DNA from: the human T2T-CHM13v2.0 reference genome, Homo sapiens
Reading direction: 5' to 3' (one strand)
Length of the DNA: 64,000 nt
Assembly (NCBI RefSeq): GCF_009914755.1
Contig: NC_060945.1
Shown here one piece after another: positions 54,731-64,000 of this stretch. Made by a program: the position numbers and the translations under genes. The notes below the pieces were generated by a model, which did no database searches, was not told where the DNA came from, and saw only the letters and a program-made list of their open reading frames with translations. The stretch's first letter is position 1. Every line of letters begins with the position of its first letter.

Positions 54731-55430
54731 GACACGGGGTTGGGACAGGGTCATGTCGGGGCAGGGCTGTGGCCTCTCTTTCACGGGGAACACCTGACTG
54801 GCTGTGGAGGGGCGTGTCTTCCCCCAGCCCCCTCCACCGGGCTGACCGGCCTGGGATTCCTGCCTTCTAGGTCTAGGCGAGCTGAGAGAATCCACACAGT
54901 GGAGAACTGCCATTCTTTCCTGGACATCCCTGGGATCCCAGGGCCAGCCCAGGTACCAGCAGTTGGGCCGCCAACTGTGCACGTGCGGGTTTGTGGGCAG
55001 CCGCCTGGGCTGTGGGAGCAGCCTGGGCAGAGCTCTCTTGCCTTAACACTACCCCACACCCGCCTGACCACCACCTCCCCACCCCCACTCCCCACCCCGA
55101 GAAAACGCGTTCTCCCCTGGCCTGGGTGGAGACCCCGTCCTGTGAAACACTGGGCATGCGCAGCGTCCTGTCCTGACATCCCTGCAGTGTATTGCATCCT
55201 CTGCGCCTCCGCACCACTGTAGCCTGCCCGCGCATTCCCCTGAAGCCTCCCAGCTGCCACCATGGAGTGCCTGGCAGCGGAACGCAGACCTCTAGCTCTC
55301 TTAGCTTGCATCCTGGCTAGACCTGCACTAATTGCACACCTGGCTGATGTGCAAGGGAGCCAGCTGGCCTCTCTGTGCCCTTTTCCATCCATGAAATTCT
55401 GGCTGAGGTTCTCCCAACACCTTCCGACGC
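53864..55430 (+). repeat. D4Z4-like 3' half 10R, inverted orientation
   Basis: Runs from HD2 helix 3 through exon-2-like and exon-3-like sequence on the plus strand. Confidence 0.9.
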
Positions 55431-58400
55431 TCTTTCATTAAAGCCTGGAGAATAGTTACAACTCCTGGATGATCAGTTCAGAAACATGTTACAATAACCC
55501 CTCCCTGTGGAGCCTAGAGAAGATTTCCATCATCTGGGTGATCAGTGCAGAGACATATCACAATGTCCCCTGTACAAAAAGCCTGGAAATGATTTACATC
55601 ACCTCGGTGATCAGTGCATAGTTATGTCAGAAATCCCCAGTAGGCTGAACCTAGACAAGGGTTACATCACTTTGGTGATCAGTGCAGAGATATGTGAAAA
55701 TTCCCGTGTAGACAGAGCCTAGACAAGTGTTACATCACCTAGAGATCAGTGCAGGGATAAGTCGTAAAGCCTCCTGCAGGCAGAGTGTAGACAAGTGTTT
55801 CCTCCCTGAGGTTATCAGTGCAGTGATATGTCCCAAAGCCCCTGTAAGCAAAACCTTGACAAGTGTTACATCACCTGCTTGATCAGTGGAAATGCATATC
55901 ACAAAACCCCGTCTAGGCAAAGCCCAGATAATTGTTACATCACCTGGGTGAGCAGTGGAGAGATCTGTCACAATGCCCCAGTAGCCAGAGCTTAGACAAG
56001 GGTTACATCACCTGGGTGATCAGTGCAGAGATATGTCAAAATGCTCCTGTAGGCTGAACCTAGACAACAATTACATCACCCAGGTGATCAGTGCAGATAT
56101 ATGTGAGAATTCCCGTGTAGGCAGAGCCCAGACAAGTGTTACATCACCTAGGTTATCAGTGTGGGTATAAGTCATAAAGCCTCCTGTAGGCAGAGCATAG
56201 ACAAGAGATCCCTCCCCAGGGTGATCAGTGCAGAGATGTGTCACAAAGACCCTTTAGGCAGAGCCTAGACAAGAGTTTCATCACTTGGTTGATCAGTTCA
56301 GAGATGTGTCACAATGTCCATGTAGGCAGATCTAAGACAAGGCTCCATCACCTGGGTGATCAGTGCAGAGATATGTACCAACGTCCCCTGTAAGCAGGGC
56401 CTAGACAAGAGTTGCATCACCTCAGAGATCAGTGCATAGATATGTCACAAACCCTTCTGTAGGTAAAGCCCATACAAGACTTACATCACCTAGTTGATCA
56501 GTGCAGTGATATGTCACAAAAATACCTGTAGACAGAGCCTAGACAAGAGTTACATCACCTGGGTGATCAGTGCAGATATTTGACACAATGCCCACATAGA
56601 CAGCCTAGAGAAGACTTCCATCACCTGGGGGATCAGTGCAGAGATATGTCACAAATCCCCCTCTAGGCAGAGCACAGAGAATAGTCCCATCACCTGGGTG
56701 ATCAGTGCAGTGATATTTCACACTGCCTCCTGTAGGCAGAGAGTGGACAAGAGTTACATAACCTAGGTGATCTGTGTAGAGATAAGTCACAATCCCCCCT
56801 GTAGGTGGAAGCTTGACAAGAGTTACATCACCTGGGTGATCAGTGCAGAGATATGTTACAAAGCCCCAGTAGGGAGAGCCTAAACAAGAGTTACATCAAC
56901 TGGGTGATCAGTGCAGAAATACGTCACAAAACAGTGGTAGCCCGAGCCTAGACAAGAGTGACATATCCTGGCTGATCAGTGCAAAGATATGTCACAAAGC
57001 CACCTGTAGACAAATCCCAGAAAATTCATACATCACCTGGGTGATCAGTGGGACATCTGTCACAATTCTCCTTTAGGCACAGCTTAGACAAGTGTTACAT
57101 CACATGAGTGATCAGTGCAGAGATATGTCACTATGGCCCCATAGGCAGATCCAAGACAAGAGTCCATCACCTGGGTGATCAGTGCAGAAATATGCCATAA
57201 TGCCTCCAGTAGACAGATATAGACAAGAGTTACATCACCTGCGTTATCACTGCAGAGATATGTCAAAAAGCCCCTTTAGGCAGAACCTAGACAAGGGTTA
57301 CATCTCCTGGGTGATCAATGCAGAGATGTGTCACAAGCTCCCTGTAGCCAGAGCCTAGACAAGAGTTACATCAGCTGTGTGATCAGTGCAGTGACATGTC
57401 CCAATGTCCCTGTAGCCATATCCTTGAGAAAACTAACATCATCTGGGTGATCAGTGTGGAGATATGTCACAATGCCTCCAGTAGGCAGAGCCTAGACAAG
57501 GGTTACATCACCTGGGTGATCATGGAAGAGATATGTCACAATGCCCCCTGTAAGCAGATCCAAGACAAAAGGTACATCACCTCAGCGATCAGTGCACCGA
57601 TATGTCCCAATGTCCCTCTAGGCAGAGCTTAGACAAGAGTAACATCTCCTGAGTGATAAGTGCAGAGATAAGTCACAATGCACCCATAGGCAGAGCCTAG
57701 ACTAGAGTTAAATAACCAGGGTAATCCATGCAGAGTGATGTCACAAAGCCCTCTTTAGGCAGAGACTAGAAAAGAGTTGCATCACCTGGGTGATCAGTGC
57801 AGAGATATGTCACAATGCCCCTGTAGGCAGAGCATAGAGAAGTGTTGTATCACCTGAGCGATCAGTGCAGAGATATGTCACAATGCCCCCATAAGCAAAT
57901 CCAAGACAAGAGTCCGTCACCAAGGTGATCAGTGCAGAAATATGTGACAATGCCCCCAGTAGGCATAGCCTAGAGAACAGTCCCATTACCTGGGTGATCA
58001 ATGCAGAGATATTTCACAATATCTCTGCCCTACAGGCAGAGTATAAGCAAGAGTTACATCACCTACATGATCAGTGCAGAGATATGTCACAATGCCGCCT
58101 GTAGGCAGAGTATAGAGAAGAGTTGCAGCACCTGGGTGATCAGTGCAGGGATATGTCACAATGTCCCCTTTAGGCAGAGCATAGAGAAGAGTTGCATCAC
58201 CTGGGTGATCACTGCGGAGATATGTCACAATGTCCCCTGTAGACAAAGCCTAGGCAAGAGTTACATCACCTTTCTCATCAGTTCAGGAATATGTGAAAAC
58301 GCCCCTGTAGGCAGAGCCTGGACAAGAGTTACATCACCTAGTTGATCAGTGCAGAGATATTTCACAATACCCTCTGTAGGCAGACCCTAGACAAGAGTTG

Positions 58401-60461
58401 ATTCTCCAGGGTGATCAGTGCAGAGATATTTCACAATGCCCCCTTTGGGCAGAGGGTACACAAGAGTTACATCACCTAGGTGATCAGTGCAGAGATTTAT
58501 CAAAATTCCCTGTAGGCAATGCTTATAAAAGTGTTACATCACCTAAGTGATCAGTGTAGAGATATGTCACAAAGCTCCTGTAGGCAGAACTTAGATGAGT
58601 TACATCACCTGGGTGATCAGTGCAAAGTATGTCACAAAGCCCCCGGTAGGCACAGCCTAGAAAGTAGTTATATCACTTGGGTGATCAGTGGCGAGATCCC
58701 CCACAATTCCCTTTAGTCAGAATTATACAACAGTTACATCAACTGGGTGATCAGTGCAGAGATATATCACAATGCCCCCATAGGCAGATACAAGACAAGA
58801 GTCCGTAACCAGGGTGATCAGTGCAGTGATATGTCACAATGCCGCCATAGGCAGATCCAAGACAAGAGTCCGTCACCTGGGTGATCAGTGCAGAAATATG
58901 TCACAATGCCCCCTTAACAGAACCTAGAAAAAAGCCCCATCACCTGGATGATCAGTGCAGAGTTATGTCACAATGTCCCTTTAGGCAGATCCTAGACAAG
59001 AATTACATCCCTTGGATGATGAGTGCAGAGATATGTCACAATGCCACTGTAGGCAGAGCCTAGACAAGAGTTACATGACCTAGGTGATCAGTGCAGAGAT
59101 ACATTGCTATGTCCCTGTAGGCAGAGCCTTGACAAGTGGTGCATCACCTGGGTAATCATTGCAGGGATGTGTCACAAAGCACCCTGTAGGCAGATCCTAG
59201 AAAGGAGTAACATCACCTGGTTGATCAGTGCAGAGATGTCACAATGCCACTGTAGGCAGAGCCTAGACAAGAGTTACATGACCTATGTGATCAGTGCAGA
59301 GATATATCGCAATGCCCCTGTAGGGAGAGCCTTTACTAGAGTTATATCACCTGGGTGATCAGTGCAGTGATATGTCACAATGCCATGTAGCCTGAGCCTA
59401 GATTAAGTTATAGCACCTGGGGGATCAGTGCAGAGATATGTCACAATGTCCCCAATAGGCAGAGACCAGGCAAGAGTTGGATCACCTTGGGATCAGTGCA
59501 GAGATATGTCTCAATCCCCCTGTGGGCACAGCCTAGACGACAGTTACATCAGCTCGGTTAACAGTGCAGAGATACGTCAAGGTGCCCCTGTAGGCCGAGC
59601 CTACAAAAATGTTACATCAGTCAGGTGATCAGTGCAGAGATATGTCACCATACCCCCTGTAAGCAGAGCCTAGACAAGAGTTACATCACCTGGGTGATCA
59701 GTGCAGAGATATGTGACAAGGCCCCTTTAAGCAGAGCCTAGACAATAGTTACATCACCTGAGTGATCAGTGCAGAGATCTGTCACAATGCCCCTTTAGGC
59801 AGAGCTTAGACCAGAGTTACATCACCTGGGTGATCAGTGCAGAGATATGTTACAATGACCCCGTAGGCAAATCCAAGAGGAGAGTCCGCCACCTGGGTGA
59901 TCAGTACAGACATATGTGACCATGCCCCCAGTAGGCAGGGCCTAGGGAAGAGTCTCATCACCCTGGTGATCAGTGCAGAGATATTTCACAATGCCTCTGC
60001 AGGCAGAGCGTAAGCAAGTGTTACATCACCTAGATGATCAGTGCGGAGATATGTCACAAGGCCCCCTATAGGCAGAGCCTGGACAAGAGTTACATCACCT
60101 CTGTGATCAGTGCAGTGATATGTCACTATGCCCCGTAGGTAGAGCGTAGTCAAGCGTTACATCACCTGGGTGATCACTGCAGAGATATGTCACAATGTCC
60201 CCATACACGGAGCCTAGAAAAGAGGCCCATCACCTGGGTGATCCGTGCAGAAATATGTCACAATGCCCCATAGGCAAATCAAACACAAGAGTTGCATCAC
60301 CTGGGTGATCAGTGTAGAGATATGTCACAATGCCCCCATAGGCAGAGCCCAGAGAAAAGTCCCATCACCTGGGTGATTAGTGCAGAGATATGTCACAAAG
60401 CCCCTGTAGGCAGAGCCTAGACAAGTGTTACATCATTTTGTTGATCTGTTCAGAGATGTGT
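55431..60461 (+). repeat. Beta-satellite array (~5.0 kb), plus orientation
   Basis: Monomers read GATCAGTGCAGAGATATGTCACAATGCCCC... directly on the plus strand. Confidence 0.95.
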
Positions 60462-61117
60462 CATGCTGACTGTTTGCTTCTGGAGCTCCGTGGGCACCCG
60501 GAAACATGCAGGGAAGGGTGGAAGACCAGCATGGTGCCTTCGCTCTCCTTGTCAGTTTCCAAACCGGCCACACTGCAGACTCCCCATGTTAGCGCACATG
60601 GGAATCCATCGTCAGGTCATCACGCCGGGGGGACGTCTTCTCTCTGGGGTCTCGCTCTGGTCTCCCACTTGGAAATGAACGAGAGTCACACGCCTGCATG
60701 TGTGAGACTGTGCCGGCAATGGCGACACCCACAAGCACTGCCTCCTTCACGGAGAGATGGCCTGGAACACTCAAAACTCCCATGGAGGTTCAGTTCCACA
60801 CTCCCCTCCACTCTCCCAGGCCGGTTTATCCCTGCTGAAGATGCGTGGGAGCCCAGAGAGCGGCTTCCAGTTCCTGCGGGATTCCTGGAGAAGTCCGGAG
60901 AGCCAGCCCCCGAAACGCACCCACCTCACCACTTCCCCCTCGCCCCCTTCATCTTCGTGTGTCCAGCCCCACCACCATCATCACCACTCACTCCCCCCCA
61001 CCACACCACCCCCCGGCCGCAGGCCTCGATGCCCTGTGTCCCTTCCAGGGTGGGGCGGGCTGTCCCAGGTCTCATTGCCATTCATGAAGGGGTGAAGCGT
61101 GCCTGCCTGTGGGCCTT

Positions 61118-61122
61118 TATAA
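61118..61122 (+). promoter_or_regulatory. TATAA box upstream of copy 11
   Basis: GGGCCTTTATAAGAG ~135 bp upstream of ATG 61257. Confidence 0.5.
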
Positions 61123-61256
61123 GAGTCGCTGGTGGATATCCAGGCAGGCCTCCTGGCTGCACATGCCGCAGTGTGCATGTCGGCTGAGGTGTACGGGAGC
61201 CCGCCGGCCTCTCTCTGCCCATACCGTCCATGCAATTCTGGCCGGGGCTCCCCGCG

Positions 61257-62532
<1,276 letters not shown>

Positions 62533-63223
62533 TGAGACGGGGTCAGGATGGGGAAGGGCGGTGGCCTCTTTTTCGTGGGGAACACCTGGCTGGCTATGGA
62601 GGGGTGTGTCTTCCCCCCGACCCCTCCACTGGGCTGACCGGCCTGGGATTCCTGCCTTCTAGTTCTAGGCACAGTGAGAGACTGCACCCAGTAGAGAACT
62701 GCCATTCGTCCCTGGGCAACCCGGGGATCCAAGAGCCGACCCAGGTACCAGCAGGTGGGCCGCCTACTGTGCACGTGCAGGTTTGCAGGCAGCCGCCTGG
62801 GCTGTGGGAGCAGCCTGGGCAGAGCTTTCATGCCTTTCCACCACCCCACACACGCCTGACCATGCCATCCCCACCACACCACCCTCCCCCGGAAAATGCG
62901 TCCTTCCCTGGGCTGGGTGGAGACCCCCATCCCGTGAAACACCGGGCCCGTGCAGCGTCCAGGCCTGACACCCCTCCAGCGCCTTGCCTCCTCTGCGCCT
63001 ACCGTCCACTGTCGCCATCCCGCCCGTGCCCCTGCAGCCTCCCAGCTGCCACCATAGAGCGCATGGCAGCGGAACGCAGACTTCTATCTCTCTTTGCTGG
63101 CCTCCTGGCTAGGCCTGCGCTCATTGCGCACACCGGCTGACTTGCAAGGGAGCCCGCTGGTCTCTCTGTGCCCTTCTCCGTCTGTGAAATTCCAGCTGAG
63201 GCTCTCCCAACACATTCCGAGGC

Positions 63224-64000
63224 TCTTTAGTCAAAACCTGGTGAATAGTTACATATCCTGGATGATCATTTCAGAAATATGTCACAAGGCCACCTCCCTT
63301 TGGATCCTAGAGAAGATTTGCATCCTTTGGGTGATCAGTGCAGAGATATATCACAATGTTCCCTGTACAAAAATCCTGGAAATGATTTACAACACCTTGG
63401 TGATCAGTGCATAGGTATGTCAGAAATTCCCAGTAGGCTGAAACTAGATAAGGGTTACATCACGTAGGTGATCAGTGTAGAGATATGTGAAAATTCCCAT
63501 GTAGACAGAGCCTAGACAAGTGTTACATCACCTAGTGATCAGTGCAGGGATAAGTCATAAAGCCTCCTGTAGGCAGAGTGTAGACAAGTATTTCCACCCT
63601 GGGGTGATCTGTGCGGAGATATGTCACAAAGCCCATGTAAGCAGAACCTTGAGATGGGTCACATCATCTGTTTGATCAGTGGAAATGTATATCACAAAGC
63701 CCCCTGTAGGCAAAGCCCAGATAATTGTTACATCACCTGGGTGAGCAGTGGAGAGATCTGTCACAATGCCCCTGTAGGCAGAGCCTAGAAAAGGGTTACA
63801 TCACCTGGGTGATCAGGGCAGAGATATGTCAAAACGCTCCTGTAGGCTGAACCTAGACAGCAGTTACATCACCTGGGTGATCAGTGCAGAGATATGTGAG
63901 AATTCCCGTGTAGGCAGAGCCCAGACAAGTGTTAAATCAGCTACGTTATCAGTGCAGGTATAAGTCATAAAGCCTCCAGTAGGCAGAGCGTAGACAAGAG
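63224..64000 (+). repeat. Beta-satellite array, cut by the window end
   Basis: 68-bp monomers on the plus strand. Confidence 0.95.

Noticed and set aside
53960-55222. 420-aa ORF containing the DUX4 C-terminus
   Set aside because: A frameshift chimera: out-of-frame N-terminal part, lost stop codon reading into UTR and intron, and no promoter or homeodomains.

Overview
Primate (human or great-ape type) heterochromatic DNA, not microbial. The whole window is a composite macro-repeat: arrays of 68-bp beta-satellite (BSAT/Sau3A) alternate with about 2.76-kb truncated, diverged D4Z4-like units. Each unit carries a DUX4-like double-homeobox pseudogene, a promoter-like region, DUX4 exon-2-like sequence and a pLAM/exon-3-like tail. 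This resembles the LSAU/D4Z4-BSAT composite repeats of acrocentric short arms and pericentromeres; the chromosome and species cannot be fixed from sequence alone. There are eight near-complete units (one internally deleted) and four fragments. Units point left up to about 53,865, where an inversion junction flips both the D4Z4 units and the satellite. Main points: (i) one copy (39,686-40,855) keeps a frameshift-free 389-aa DUX4-like ORF that lacks only the last 33 residues of the activation domain; (ii) the pLAM/exon-3 tail looks like a decayed, ATG-deleted copy of the DUX4 5'UTR/start region; (iii) the FSHD poly(A)-signal position is plain beta-satellite GTCACA/GTTACA in all copies, but one copy has a separate ATTAAA; (iv) one head-to-tail D4Z4 junction survives; (v) several junctions show microhomology, templated insertion or hairpin signatures. 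I found no supportable novel protein system. Most ORFs in the track are satellite or GC-rich shadow ORFs. Comparisons to DUX4, D4Z4, pLAM and DUX1/3/5 are from memory, not from a database search.
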